A DNA stretch of 63,751 bases, filler included, from Globobulimina sp. (GCA_003354225.1; 42 parts of 42 records of this genome joined end to end with filler, not necessarily neighbours in it), one strand, 5' to 3'; positions 39,538-51,697 are shown, counted from the whole stretch's first letter. Numbers and translations are program-made. The notes: generated by a model from the sequence alone, not told the origin.

Positions 39538-40367
39538 ACAAACCAGTTCTTAATATAATCGAACACTTTACCGGATGCAACATACATTTTAATAAAATAA
39601 ACGGATATGAGCGACGTAAAAATGCCTAATCCTATATAATATGGTGTTTGCCCCAACTCAAATTTTTGATCAATTACAAAAGGGTATAATATATCCTGAC
39701 CAAGAAACATGTAAGAAGTTAAGGCGGCGGTTATGGATGCTATTAAAAGTGGAACAAGCGCCGTCATTGTCATGTCGAACAGGATAACCTCAAGGGCGAA
39801 AACGATAGCTGCAATGGGTGCTTTAAATATCGCTGACATAGCAGCAGCAGCAGCAAAACCCAATATTGTGACCATCTGCTTGTAATTCAATCTGAGAGCT
39901 TTACCTATCATTGAACCCCATGCTGCTCCAGTAACAACAGTAGGCCCTTCAAGTCCTACGGATCCTCCAAAGCCAACTGTAAGAGCACTGGTAATTACAG
40001 ATGAAAAAGTATTATGCTTTTTTATTATTCCATGCTGTTTTGATATCGCAAAAAGAACATTGGGAATACCATCGCTCACAGGCTTTCTTAGCACGAATTT
40101 TACAATAATCACTGTTGCAAGAATCCCTATCGCCGGATATATGACATATTGGTAATTTGAATATGAAGTAGTAAAATCACCGGTAAGTAATTCCCGGATG
40201 TAGAATACAATATTCTTCATAATAACAGCAATCACTCCCCCTATAAAACCAATTATGATACTTAGTAATATCATCAACTGGTTTTTTGGCAGCTTATGCA
40301 GATTTAAGATAGCTTTTTGTATAATTCTTCTACGTCTCATCAAGCGTGCAAAAATAGCAAATAGCAA
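39538..40367 (-). CDS. Bacterial CLC chloride channel/transporter, 3'-partial
   Basis: DGIP, GFGGSVGLEGPTV, IFKAPIAAIVFALEV; intronless. Confidence 0.93.
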
Positions 40368-40482
40368 CGTGTTTTGTTACTTATAATGAAATATTTATGA
40401 TTTATTATTTGTGATATTTGAGTGTAGCAATAATTAATTGCGATATGGAAGCACTGAATCAATAAACTGCTGAAATTCTTCA

Positions 40483-40957
40483 TCAAAGTATCATCCCCAT
40501 TCCAAATAACAGAGTGAAAATAAGTGTTGATATTGCTAACTTTTTAAGATATGGGTCGAGAAGAGACTTATTAGTGATTTTATTGATTTCAAATAAATCC
40601 TTGATCATAAAAGGAAGTGAAATAATAAAAATAAATTGCCATGGATTGTGATATTGCATAATAACAAAAATCACTGCACAAATCATGGCTATAGTAATAA
40701 GAGTAAAATGATATTTTTTTGATAAACTATAACCAAGAATTAATGCCATTGTTTTCTTTTCTGATTTTGCGTCATTTTCCATATCCCGCATATTGTTCAG
40801 GTTCAGCACTCCGGTAGATAGTAAACCCATTGATGTAGCAGGTAACAAGATTTCCCAATTTATACTTAGAGTGTTTAGGAAATACGACCCAAAAACAGCT
40901 ACTAATCCGAAAAATATAAAGACAAATATATCACCCATGCCAGAGTATCCATATGCC
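40483..40957 (-). CDS. menA: 1,4-dihydroxy-2-naphthoate prenyltransferase (UbiA family), 5'-partial, bacterial
   Basis: AYGYSGMGDIFVFIFFG, VLNLNNMRDMENDAKSEKKT, LDPYLKKLAIST. Confidence 0.92.
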
Positions 40958-41057
40958 NNNNNNNNNNNNNNNNNNNNNNNNNNNNNNNNNNNNNNNNNNN
41001 NTTAATTAATTAANNNNNNNNNNNNNNNNNNNNNNNNNNNNNNNNNNNNNNNNNNNN

Positions 41058-41791
41058 CAACCAAAACATGTCGCCGTCAGTTTAGTACATCTCATCCAGG
41101 GAGAAATTATGTGGGAAATACATTCTTATTGCCATGTCAAGTAACAACCATTTTTGTATCATCTGCGGTTATAAATGCAACCAAAGTGTTGCCAGAACGA
41201 TTCCACTCTGATTTTACGGACAGAACTGGAAACAGTTTAGCATTGACATATTTAGACTCTATAACCAATTCTTTACCGAATCATTCAATAATTGGATATA
41301 TTTCAAACCAATGTAAAATGACAAGAAATAATTTGGAGGAATATTTATTGCACTCGGATGATATTTTAATAAATCCATCATTTAAATCTTATTTATATTA
41401 TTGTTATAAACAATACATTGAAAGTTATTATCATTATCATACATCGCAGCATATCGATTTTACACAGTTATCAAAAAATGATTATGTTCGATGTATAATG
41501 ATTGATGGCAGAGTGCACCAAATAATTTTAAACAGATTTAAATCTGATAATCCATTGGAACGGTATGATATTATAAGCGATTGGTTTGAAAATGAATCAA
41601 ATGGCGAGGACATTGTAGCAACATTTGATGTAAATTATAAAAACGAACTTGTGACTGATTCATTTGTAAAAAGTGAGCAACACAAAATATTATCAACACA
41701 AAAACTTGGATTCACAAAGGATTCTTCACAATTCATACTCTATCTGCAACATAATACTAACAAAATTGATATCGATACATTGACTGATTGA
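41058..41791 (+). CDS. Hypothetical protein, C-terminal fragment
   Basis: Long ORF near the contig start; no motif recognised. Confidence 0.45.
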
Positions 41792-43246
41792 CTAATATTG
41801 CAACTGTGGATTACATTATTCTGTTCTTCAGTTCTTCAGTTAATTTATTGTGTTGATTTCTTAGTATTTTGAAGACGGTGAAATCAGATCATCACAATGA
41901 AAATTAGGTCAATAGTTGTGACTGCCGTGTAAGACAAATATCAAAAAAGGGATGAACACCATGTGCACATGTCTTCATAAACCTACGGATTCCATGAATA
42001 AATTGGCCTGTTGATTGACAATATAATCATAATCATACAGATTTTAAACCATGATTTTGTTTATCAACAAGAAACGTATGTGCTTGTATATTTTTTATGG
42101 TATTGCACCTTACCCATCGACCATGATAAGCAAACACAAAACAAGTACAGGTTTGGAACATCAAATCCGACCACCACACACTGCAGACACAACTATTGAG
42201 CTAATTTTCATTGTGGTGATCGGACTTCAACTTTTGTGTCTGTACTCAATAGTTGTGTCTGTAGTGCTAATTTAAATTGTCGGACTTATCCTGTGGACGA
42301 AAAGATTAAAGATTTATTTAAGCTTTTTGATAAGTTTTTTCTATGAGAAATCCATATTTTGGGGGAAATCTCTACGATCAAACGATGGGTCTTTTTCCAT
42401 AACATATTTGAGGAAACTTTGATAAGTCATATCATATCCAAAACAAACAAAATCCTGATAATAATAATCAACCAATTNNNNNNNNNNNNNNNNNNNNNNN
42501 NNNNNNNNNNNNNNNNNNNNNTTAATTAATTAANNNNNNNNNNNNNNNNNNNNNNNNNNNNNNNNNNNNNNNNNNNNAACCAACATTTAAACTTTTCCTC
42601 ACATAAATTATTAATATGTCCGCTAATCTCCGTTTGTAACATATCACATTTCTGTTTATAATGTTCAATCTCTTGTAAATATTTACATAATTCTCTTTTT
42701 AAATGCATTATTTCCAAAAACAGTTTTACGTTCATCCCTATATTCGGCGTCATTATCAATTTGTAACACTTTTTGTTTCGTTAACGTTTCAACATCATCT
42801 GGAGTTTGCCATAAATGTATTCCACGACAAGCGCGCTTTGAATATTGTACTCCAATCATTATTGCAATAATAAATCGCGTTCAATGTTGAATGTTGAATG
42901 TTCATTTTCAAATTCTATTTCTACACGTTACCCTTTCTAAGCACCTTATATTACCAAATTTTCCAAACAAGATTTGGGAAATGCTGTTATTTTGAGCATG
43001 TTAGTACTTAGAGTTTTTTTATCCTTCATTTAAAGAGCTTTACACTGCGTACTTTTTAGTGTTTATTCTAAGGATGTCGTCAGGTCAGGTGTTGAATTAA
43101 TGGAGAAAATAGCATTTACACTATGCTATATTTTAATTGATCATAACTATGAACAATGAAACAAACAAAAAACAAATATATAGATTCCCATAATTATGCT
43201 TTTGATGAATATGATTTATTGACTTATTTAACAAAATTAATTAATG

Positions 43247-43888
43247 TTAATTTGATGCTTTACAATGTTGAAATTGCATTAATGTTCGGTTGTTTCTAGC
43301 AAATACAAATTTATATTGTTGATATATATACGTATATTTATTACCATTTTTATGCTTTGTTATTGTGGCTTTTGTTGATAGCGCCTCAAGTGCCAATTTT
43401 TTGCATTTTCTATAAGTCATTGATTCAAACTTATCAAATGAGATAGGATTTATTGTAACTCCTCTTTTATTTACTGGGTTATAATCAATGTCAATCGGTA
43501 TAGTCAAGTCACCATTCATTAATACGGTATATGGAGGTAAATAAAATTCAGTTAAATTACGCCAAACTCTTTCCTTTTCACCGCGTTTCCTGGCTTTGTG
43601 TACAATATTAAGTAATATTTGTATATCATTGTCATTGATGTCTTTTTTTTGTATATCAGAAAGGATATGAAATATTTTTGGTGCGAAAATCTTTGAATAT
43701 GAAAAACAATTCCCATCATCTTTAATCTCGTACATATGCGTTGCTTTCATTTTCGAAAATTGATATTGTTTTTCATCTTTTATTTTTTGATTAGAATCCA
43801 GTAATGTGATTACAATATTAGAATTACAGTATATGTTAATATTATTACAAGATATGGTAAAGGATTTGGCTATGAGAGTTTGTGACAT
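43247..43888 (-). CDS. Hypothetical protein
   Basis: ~210-aa ORF from ATG (MSQTLIAK). Confidence 0.45.
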   Translation of the reverse strand: MSQTLIAKSFTISCNNINIYCNSNIVITLLDSNQKIKDEKQYQFSKMKATHMYEIKDDGNCFSYSKIFAPKIFHILSDIQKKDINDNDIQILLNIVHKARKRGEKERVWRNLTEFYLPPYTVLMNGDLTIPIDIDYNPVNKRGVTINPISFDKFESMTYRKCKKLALEALSTKATITKHKNGNKYTYIYQQYKFVFARNNRTLMQFQHCKASN

Positions 43889-44097
43889 TTTTATACCAAA
43901 AAATCTAAGGCAAAAACGTGTTACCTCACAAAATTGGGCAGAAGAATGGCAGAGTTCCCTTTGGAGCCGCAATTGTCGAAGATATTGATATCATCGGNNN
44001 NNNNNNNNNNNNNNNNNNNNNNNNNNNNNNNNNNNNNNNNNTTAATTAATTAANNNNNNNNNNNNNNNNNNNNNNNNNNNNNNNNNNNNNNNNNNNN

Positions 44098-45391
44098 ATC
44101 TCGATGGGGATACGCTGTTTGATTTTGATTTAGATTTACTTCTACTCCGCGAGGATACTGATCCATTATTGCTATGGGAATGGCTCCGCGACCGATCCCT
44201 GTCATTTTTGTTGTGTTTTCTCTCGTTTTTGTTCCTTTTGTGGCTATTCCTCCTCTCTTTGTCTCTCGATCGGGAACGAGAACGTGAGCGAGAATGGGAA
44301 TTTTGAGAGGATTTTGATGACTTAGTATTGGTGGATGAGGGTTTATTTTTGTTGTGGTTTTTACTTTTATTTTTTGGATGGTTTTTTGAATCTGAATTGG
44401 AGCATTTTTTGCTGTTTTTAGTGTTTTTGTTTAGTTGTTTGGATTTTGACTGTGACCGACTCCGCGATTTATTATTTTTAATCAATGTCGGCGTCTCCGA
44501 CCCATTCCCTTTGTTGTTGGCAGTCCGTGATTTTGAGTTTGAATCTTTCCGTGTTTGGGATTTCAATTTCTCAGCGTTTCCAATTTTAGAGCGTATACTC
44601 TGTGATCGGTTCGAATCGTATCCGTTTTCGCTATTTTTGCGTTGCCGGTTTTTTTTATTTTTCTTGTTCGATTTGGAGTTTTTATTTTTGTTTGGAGTGT
44701 TTTTATTTTTTTTAGGGATTCTTTTATCATTTATACTGTCCGAGTCATTGTAGGATATATTTGGTGAATCATTATTATGTGAATTGGAATAATAATACGA
44801 CTGCGAATGGGATGAGACGCGTTTTAGTGATGGCGGCGTATATCGATTGTTGTTGTTGTTGTTTATAGGCGATGGTGTACGTAAATTATTGTTTGTGTTA
44901 TAATAATTATATTTGTATTTATATTTATTGCTATTTCTGTCTCGCCTGTTTTGATATTGATCATTCATGGAATATGGACGCAAATTCGCATATTTATTAT
45001 CATTTACATTATCTGAGGAGGACGAGGAGGCGGCGCCGGATTGGTTGCTTAATAGCAATATTTGCGATTGATGGGATGGGTCGTTGTTGTTTGTATTTTT
45101 ATTGTTGGCTACGGGCAAACCATAGAAATCCGCCGCTTGCAGGGAAGATTTGGGTATTTCGATATTATTATTGTAATTATCCATGTTTGAATAGGATGAG
45201 CGGGAATGTGTGTGTCCAGTGGCAGTGTGATGGTGGTTTGTTCGGTTGTGTCTGTGATGAGAGTGCGAGGAATGTGAATGGGAGGAATGGCGGTGATGGT
45301 TTGTGTGATGATTATGATGCCCGTTGTGTGTGTTATGTGTATTATGAGAGGAATAGTATGGACTGTGATTGTTGCTGTTGTTTGTCGACAT
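44098..45391 (-). CDS. Low-complexity H/N/S/K-rich protein with RS dipeptides (possible SR-related), fragment
   Basis: His-rich N-terminus, poly-N, SRSRSRSRSR tracts. Confidence 0.6.
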
Positions 45392-46356
45392 TTTGGAGTC
45401 AATGCTGTTGATTGTTGATGGCGAATGATCACTGTTTGGGTTGCTATGGTTGCTGTTTTTAGTGTTTGTATTCTTGTTATTATTGGGCGAAAATGAAAAG
45501 ATGCCATTGTTTTCTTGNNNNNNNNNNNNNNNNNNNNNNNNNNNNNNNNNNNNNNNNNNNNTTAATTAATTAANNNNNNNNNNNNNNNNNNNNNNNNNNN
45601 NNNNNNNNNNNNNNNNNGCCCTTTCTGTTCGTCCATTCTATGCGAATGATAATGGACTGTGTAAACACATGCTTTGATGAATGGTTTGCATAAAGTCCAT
45701 GGGTAGCTTCGCATGTTTTAAAAATACGAGAAAAAACGGTGCAGAATAGTTCTGTATCATGGCAAAAAAGAAATCCACTTTTGTACCATAGTACCACTAT
45801 TGTAACGCCGGTGTTGCCTACGATAATGCAATATATTGCGGATTTGGAGCAGAAAATTGAGTTACTCGGCAGAGAAAATCCAGAGATACGAAGGCAACAT
45901 GAAACAGACGGTCCAGGACGCAAAGCAACGCACGAAACTAAAATAGGGCAGCAATTATCGGATGGTTTTAATGAGGAAGATATTGAAAAAGCGAAGCGAG
46001 AGACAGGGCATAACTAACATACGCATTAACATAGCAAAAAGTATTGTTTTCCACGTTGTAATCAATACAGATATTTTGGTTGGTTTGACTGTGTGTTTTT
46101 GTGTTTGGTTGGTTGGTCTTTGTGTGATGTGATGATTGTGATTTGAACCCAAATCTTCTGTCATTTTCACACGTTTCAGCCATTAATATTTGCAAAATAC
46201 GCGTTGTATGCAAATTAATATCGGCCGTTTAATAATATCGCGCCAAATAAATACCATCGATATCGCCAAATAAATAGCATTAAAATCGCAAATAATATGG
46301 CATCGATATCCAAATAATATGGTAATAAATCGCAAATAATTTGGGGTATCAAATCG

Positions 46357-46523
46357 CATAAAATTCTCAATAATTATTTGCATCGCTTCTGAAGACGCAA
46401 AATGCCTCTCCTTCGCCTCCAAACCACCATAAAAATCTCAATAATTATTTGCATCGCTTCTGACGACGCAAAATGCCTCTCCTTCGCCGCCAAACCACCA
46501 TAAAATTCTCAATAATTATTTGC
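46357..46523. repeat. 71-bp tandem repeat (~2.4 copies), preceded by short degenerate ATCGC(C/A)AAATAA repeats
   Basis: Units start at 46357, 46428 and 46499 (CATAAAAWTCTCAATAATTATTTGC...). Confidence 0.9.
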
Positions 46524-46915
46524 GTCGCATTTATGATATCAGACTGTACACCAAATGTATCAATGTTTTGCCGTCTGCCAAACGGGGTAAATCGCTCCAA
46601 AACTTGCGGTAAGATTTCGTGGAAAAAAGCATACCAACAAAGGCATATTTTCTCAAAGAAACGCAGGTTTGCATTGAATATGTCCTCCGTATCCATCTGT
46701 ACTCGCATTTCGTGGCATAAATTGTGGCAAATTGTGCACGAAATGGTGCGTCGTAATAAGTATGCCGACATTCGATGGATATATTCCTCATTGCACGCGG
46801 TATCAATTATTTTCTCCAACAAACGAGTGCAATGTCGACAGGACTCGATTTCTAATTTGTTGGTGGTGTAATAGATCATACTGATTCGCGTCAGAAATAT
46901 GACCAACAAAGCCAT
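46445..46915 (-). CDS. Hypothetical Cys-rich ORF immediately 3' of the tRNA-like element
   Basis: 156-aa ORF with CRHC and CTIC; runs into the 71-bp repeats. Confidence 0.35.
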   Translation of the reverse strand: MALLVIFLTRISMIYYTTNKLEIESCRHCTRLLEKIIDTACNEEYIHRMSAYLLRRTISCTICHNLCHEMRVQMDTEDIFNANLRFFEKICLCWYAFFHEILPQVLERFTPFGRRQNIDTFGVQSDIINATQIIIENFMVVWRRRRGILRRQKRCK

Positions 46916-46921
46916 TCCATG

Positions 46922-47003
46922 TCATCGCCGTAGGATTCGAACCTACATCCATTTGGTTTGCAATCCATTCAAACCAATGCTCTGCCAATTGAGCTAGGCG
47001 ACC
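46922..47003 (-). tRNA. tRNA-like gene with an expanded 15-nt anticodon loop; identity ambiguous (Phe-GAA or Cys-GCA) or pseudogene
   Basis: GTCGCC/GGCGAT acceptor stem, GCTC-AATTGGCA-GAGC D arm, TTGGT/ACCAA anticodon stem, GTAGG-TTCGAAT-CCTAC T arm. Confidence 0.8.
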
Positions 47004-47139
47004 TTCCATATGACTTCCGAATGCTTTTTACTTGATTNNNNNNNNNNNNNNNNNNNNNNNNNNNNNNNNNNNNNNNNNNNNTTAATTAATTAANNNNNNN
47101 NNNNNNNNNNNNNNNNNNNNNNNNNNNNNNNNNNNNNAA

Positions 47140-47610
47140 TTTGGTTGGGATGAATTCGGGGAAGAAACAATTCGTGTAGGAGGGCAAAGGTTTAAGGTCG
47201 AAATCAGTGACGAAGTTGCGGAATTAATGAGCGACGCTATCCTTACCCATAATCACCCACGCGGGTTGAAATACGCGAAGGATTCATTTGGCTACATAGG
47301 TAATTCATTCAGCATAGGTGACATTCTTACAACGGCAAGGTGGAACGGAAAAGAAATGAGGGCTGTTACTCCGTCATATACATTTACCATGAAGCGTCCA
47401 CCGAAAGGCTGGCCAAGTGAAGCAAAGATCAAGAAAGTCTTCCTGAAATACGACGATTATGTTAAGGAAAATTTAATTGGCCCACTATTTAAAAAGGAAG
47501 GTAGTTGGTTTTACAACAGCCAAGAACGTGCAGGAGGGTTTCATTATCACATGGTATGGAAATTGGTGTCAAAAGAACTTGGTTTACCATATAGCAAATT
47601 GAAGATGTGA
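47140..47610 (+). CDS. C-terminal JAB/MPN-like metallo domain, probably the tip of a phage MuF-type head protein or polymorphic toxin (5'-partial)
   Basis: Frame open from the contig edge (FGWDEFGEETIRVGG...); ILTHNHP...SFSIGD gives HxH...SxxD; intronless, tightly packed neighbours. Confidence 0.7.
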   Translation, partial: FGWDEFGEETIRVGGQRFKVEISDEVAELMSDAILTHNHPRGLKYAKDSFGYIGNSFSIGDILTTARWNGKEMRAVTPSYTFTMKRPPKGWPSEAKIKKVFLKYDDYVKENLIGPLFKKEGSWFYNSQERAGGFHYHMVWKLVSKELGLPYSKLKM

Positions 47611-47668
47611 CAACCAAATGATTTGGTAGTCTGAAGGAAAATGATTACCTTTGCAGAAAGCAACAGAT

Positions 47669-47881
47669 ATGGCAAAGAATGAAAAAGTGGTCTTAGACGA
47701 CCGTGAACAGTATTATAGCCCGTACACGTCAGATTGTGCCAACTGTGTACACTTCGACCGGATCAACATGACCTGTCCCGGTTTCCCTAAAGGAATACCC
47801 TTGTCTGTTCTTGGAGGGGAAAAGAAACACCGCGAAGTGTGGTCCACACAGAAAGCGAAGATCACATTCAAGCCAAAATAA
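47669..47881 (+). CDS. Small Cys-motif protein, putative immunity/accessory
   Basis: CANCVHF...CPGFPKGIP...H; 70 aa, directly after the JAB ORF. Confidence 0.7.
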   Translation: MAKNEKVVLDDREQYYSPYTSDCANCVHFDRINMTCPGFPKGIPLSVLGGEKKHREVWSTQKAKITFKPK

Positions 47882-47952
47882 TTACGGTTTTGTGCAACAA
47901 ATACCAAAAGAATACGTATATTTAAGTGTTGAGTTACCTTTAATTTACTACT

Positions 47953-48180
47953 ATGAATGCAATAGAAGTTTCAAAACGCCTGTCTTCCGGTCCCGTTTTC
48001 TTGAAAATGGAGTTTGAAGGGGTTGTACTTCGATCCGTTCCCGGTAACCCGGTTACCTTCTTCGCAAGGTTTTCAGGTGAAAAGGAAAAGGAATGGCCTA
48101 TCGGCCACACCACCGAAACCGTTAATAACGCCCTGTTGGAATGGAACGAAATCACTCACAAGGAGTATAAAGAGTTCTGA
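47953..48180 (+). CDS. Small hypothetical phage/bacterial protein, putative immunity/accessory
   Basis: 75 aa, C-terminal EITHKEYKEF; co-oriented in the cluster. Confidence 0.65.
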   Translation: MNAIEVSKRLSSGPVFLKMEFEGVVLRSVPGNPVTFFARFSGEKEKEWPIGHTTETVNNALLEWNEITHKEYKEF

Positions 48181-48270
48181 AAGTGAAAAAATTTACTTCC
48201 CTGATTTGTTGACCTGACAAAAACATTCATCTATATTTGGGTATGAAATAAATATACCAAATAGGATGTA

Positions 48271-48528
48271 ATGGCAAAAAAAGAAGAATCACCCAAGGCT
48301 GACGCTACTGAGAAAAAAGAAGCGCCCAAGCCTAAGAAGCTGATTATCCCAATATCAGCCAAGGAACTTCCCAAGATCATTTCAGAAAAACATGACGACA
48401 TTCCCGACTGCCTGACGATTGATTATGTCAAGCAATTAGTCATTATTGACTTCAGGGAAGAAGTGCCCAATGTAAATAAGCCCTACAGTAGGATTGCTGT
48501 TAATAGGCCCACTAGTATAGGCCACTGA
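48271..48528 (+). CDS. Small hypothetical phage/bacterial protein
   Basis: 85 aa, AGGA upstream of the ATG; co-oriented. Confidence 0.6.
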   Translation: MAKKEESPKADATEKKEAPKPKKLIIPISAKELPKIISEKHDDIPDCLTIDYVKQLVIIDFREEVPNVNKPYSRIAVNRPTSIGH

Positions 48529-49289
48529 GGCTCAATTGCCTTGGAAATTGTGTAGTTNNNNNNNNNNNNNNNNNNNNNNNNNNNNNNNNNNNNNNNNNNN
48601 NTTAATTAATTAANNNNNNNNNNNNNNNNNNNNNNNNNNNNNNNNNNNNNNNNNNNNATAAATTTACTGGACTTTCTTTACTTTTTTTGTATATACTTGA
48701 AACTGAAGCAATGGTAGCGTCCCTTCCCTTCCCTTGCGTTGTTGTTGGTATTTTGGAGGTTTCGCAATTATTTACATGGAGCTTTATAACATTCTTCCTA
48801 AATGATGTTGCGTTGTGCATAAAATTCTATTTTGACATTATTAATAATATTGTTTTCAAAAGATTCGGAGTTTTATTTGTTTACAAATAAAACGCATAAC
48901 AAAAAATATTTAAATAACGAATATGATTTTTTTATATGTTAATAATTAAAACACAACAGAAAATATTTAAAAATGTTCAGGCAAAAAACAGGACAAAAAT
49001 TAATTGCATGAATATAACAAACATAAAAAATAATAGAAACGTTTATAAATTATAACAACAGAAAAATAACAAAAAAATCACATAACAAAAAAAAAAGTAT
49101 AACAAAAAAAAAAGTCATGATAAACTTTACCATAACCAACACTTGAAAACTCTGAAAAACACACATCCGCATATTTTTGTGTGTGATCTATATATGCATA
49201 TTTTAATATGTTTATGTTTATCTGTTTATGTTAGATTAGATATTTACTATTTAGTATTTTTTAACAATAAGGATAATTAAATAAAATAT

Positions 49290-50077
49290 TTAACGAATAA
49301 CAACAGAGATATTATTTGATGGTTGCTCAATTTCTGGATCATTTGCAGAGCTTTTCCTTTTTTCTACCTCCAAATTTGTAACAACCATTTGCACATTTTT
49401 CAAATGTGGCGAACGAGAAAAACATAAATCGTCACAACTTTGATGACAAATTTTGCATACTTTCCCATATACATTTGCTCCAAAATTAAACGACAAATAA
49501 ATACAAAACGAGTCCAATACACTATCCACAGAAAACATAATAAACGGTATCAACAACGTTAAATAATACGACTTAGTCACAACAACATAGTCATGCAATA
49601 ACCACGCAAATGCCACAAAACACGCGGAAATAGATATAAATAACACCAATATAGCATTTTTTGTTGCGATATTTAAAAAAATTGTGAGATTGGTATTGTT
49701 ATTCTCAACGAGCATTTTTTGCAATGCTCTCATTCGATTACTAAACATAATCAATAATACCGATGCTAACACAATGTATAAAAAACGAAAGCCTTGAAAC
49801 CCCAAAGAAATCAGCCACGGAGAACCATACCAAACGCCAACATATCCCAAGACCATGCATAAAGGCGCTGTGATAAAAATTAATATATTGATTGTTATGA
49901 ATAATGTATACGAAGAGGAGCGGTCAAAGGCACTACGAAGAAATGCATAATATAAACGACCGTTATATTGCCATATTAATGAGACTTTAGATAAAAACCA
50001 ACAACATGTAGCTGCAGCGCGTAATGCGATAAACCACATTAATTCATGTTCAGTGTCATCATATATTATCCAAATAC
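49290..50077 (-). CDS. 7TM/GPCR-like membrane protein, 5'-partial
   Basis: 5-6 TM helices, VDSVLDSFCIYLSF...YGKVCKICH juxtamembrane Cys cluster. Confidence 0.7.
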
Positions 50078-50177
50078 NNNNNNNNNNNNNNNNNNNNNNN
50101 NNNNNNNNNNNNNNNNNNNNNTTAATTAATTAANNNNNNNNNNNNNNNNNNNNNNNNNNNNNNNNNNNNNNNNNNNN

Positions 50178-51173
50178 GCACTGTGAAGATGGCAACAGAT
50201 TTAGCAATGGTTGACAAAAATGTTGCTGGTCCCATCCAGCAAGAAATTGATACACAATGTGACGAAGCAGTAACATGGCAAGCAATTGCGAAAAAGTTTG
50301 AAGAATCTGCGGAGGATCAAGATCTCGATATTTATCAAATGTGTGCTTGGATGCATAGACAAGACTCCATCCCCAAAACAAAGAAATACTTTTATTATTT
50401 CAAAGCAATGGTTTGTGCCTTAATACAGGTACCCGGATTAATGATATTTATATATGTTCAATTTAATGGTATATTCAGGTATGTAACAGCAATAAGTAAT
50501 ATTTCATTGCATAATACATACAATATATAACATAAAATATGATGACACAGTGAGGGTGGCATAGGTTTTTGTGCTATGCGGTCAGGAAAAACCATAGATT
50601 TAGTCCAGGTTTTATGTGTGTTATTTGCTGTTTTTATATCAGCAAAAATGGGCGGCATAATCTCTGATATTGGTAAACGAGGATTGTATAATATGAATTG
50701 GTGGAATGATGGAATGAATTGTCCTCCATTCTGTTGCCGTAGATGGGCCTTTTTTGGTATTGTTTAATATAATTTATATAATTTATTTATCCTGTTCATG
50801 GGGTAAAAACTGTTAATATTTAGGTGGATATACGAATGTCACTGCCACATTATTTGCGATCTATGGTTCATATCTTGTATTGTATGTAAGCGAGGATATA
50901 TTGGATGTTGTATTGAATGCAGTGGCCTTGTTTTTTATTACCGATGTTGACGATTTTATGTTGGATAAAGCAGATTATCAAAGACTTCAAAATTGGTTTA
51001 AGAATACATATAAAGAAGAGGAAGTTTGTAGATGTAATGACAAATACGAGGAGATGGACTGTTGTGCTTCATTCATGACACGGAGAATATTGACACCTAC
51101 TCATGTTTTCTTTACTTGGTTAGGATTTGGTGGTGCCATTTTTGCGCCGGTTTGGATTGCAATATGTCATTAA
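50178..51173 (+). CDS. Multi-pass membrane protein, three exons (introns 50479-50550, 50757-50823), 5'-partial
   Basis: Both GT-AG introns restore frame; DILDVVLNAVALFFITDVDD motif. Confidence 0.8.
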
Positions 51174-51304
51174 TTGTTGCATCAAGAACAAACATTTTTG
51201 TGTGTGTCCGTTTGTGTGTGTGACTGCATCGTCATCGTGCAGTCGGTGTATGGAAAACAATTACAAATAAACTATTATAAAATACAAAATTAATATGTTC
51301 GGAC

Positions 51305-51520
51305 TTAATACGGTGATTTATACCATTTTAACAAAATACTTGAAGTCAACACACATAACAGAAGAAGCGGCCATACACATACTAGCAATTTCCGGCGGAA
51401 TCTCACTTTTAATGTCGGATATAATATACCGGCGGCAATTGGTATTCCTAAAATATTAAATCCAAATGAAAATATAAAATTAATATATATCCTATGTATT
51501 ATAGTTTTTGATAAATAGAG
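51305..51520 (-). pseudogene. Frameshifted C-terminal remnant of a P1B copper-transporting ATPase
   Basis: LSKTIIHRIYINFIFSFGFNILGIPIAAG, PPEIASMCMAASSV, and in another frame SSILLKWYKSP*; absent from the ORF track. Confidence 0.8.
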
Positions 51521-51697
51521 TTAGTGCATTTAAGTGAAAAGAAAGTAAAGTCACTAATTCAGTGCCATTTCATTCGTTCAGCAACGATATCAAGGTTNNN
51601 NNNNNNNNNNNNNNNNNNNNNNNNNNNNNNNNNNNNNNNNNTTAATTAATTAANNNNNNNNNNNNNNNNNNNNNNNNNNNNNNNNNNNNNNNNNNNN

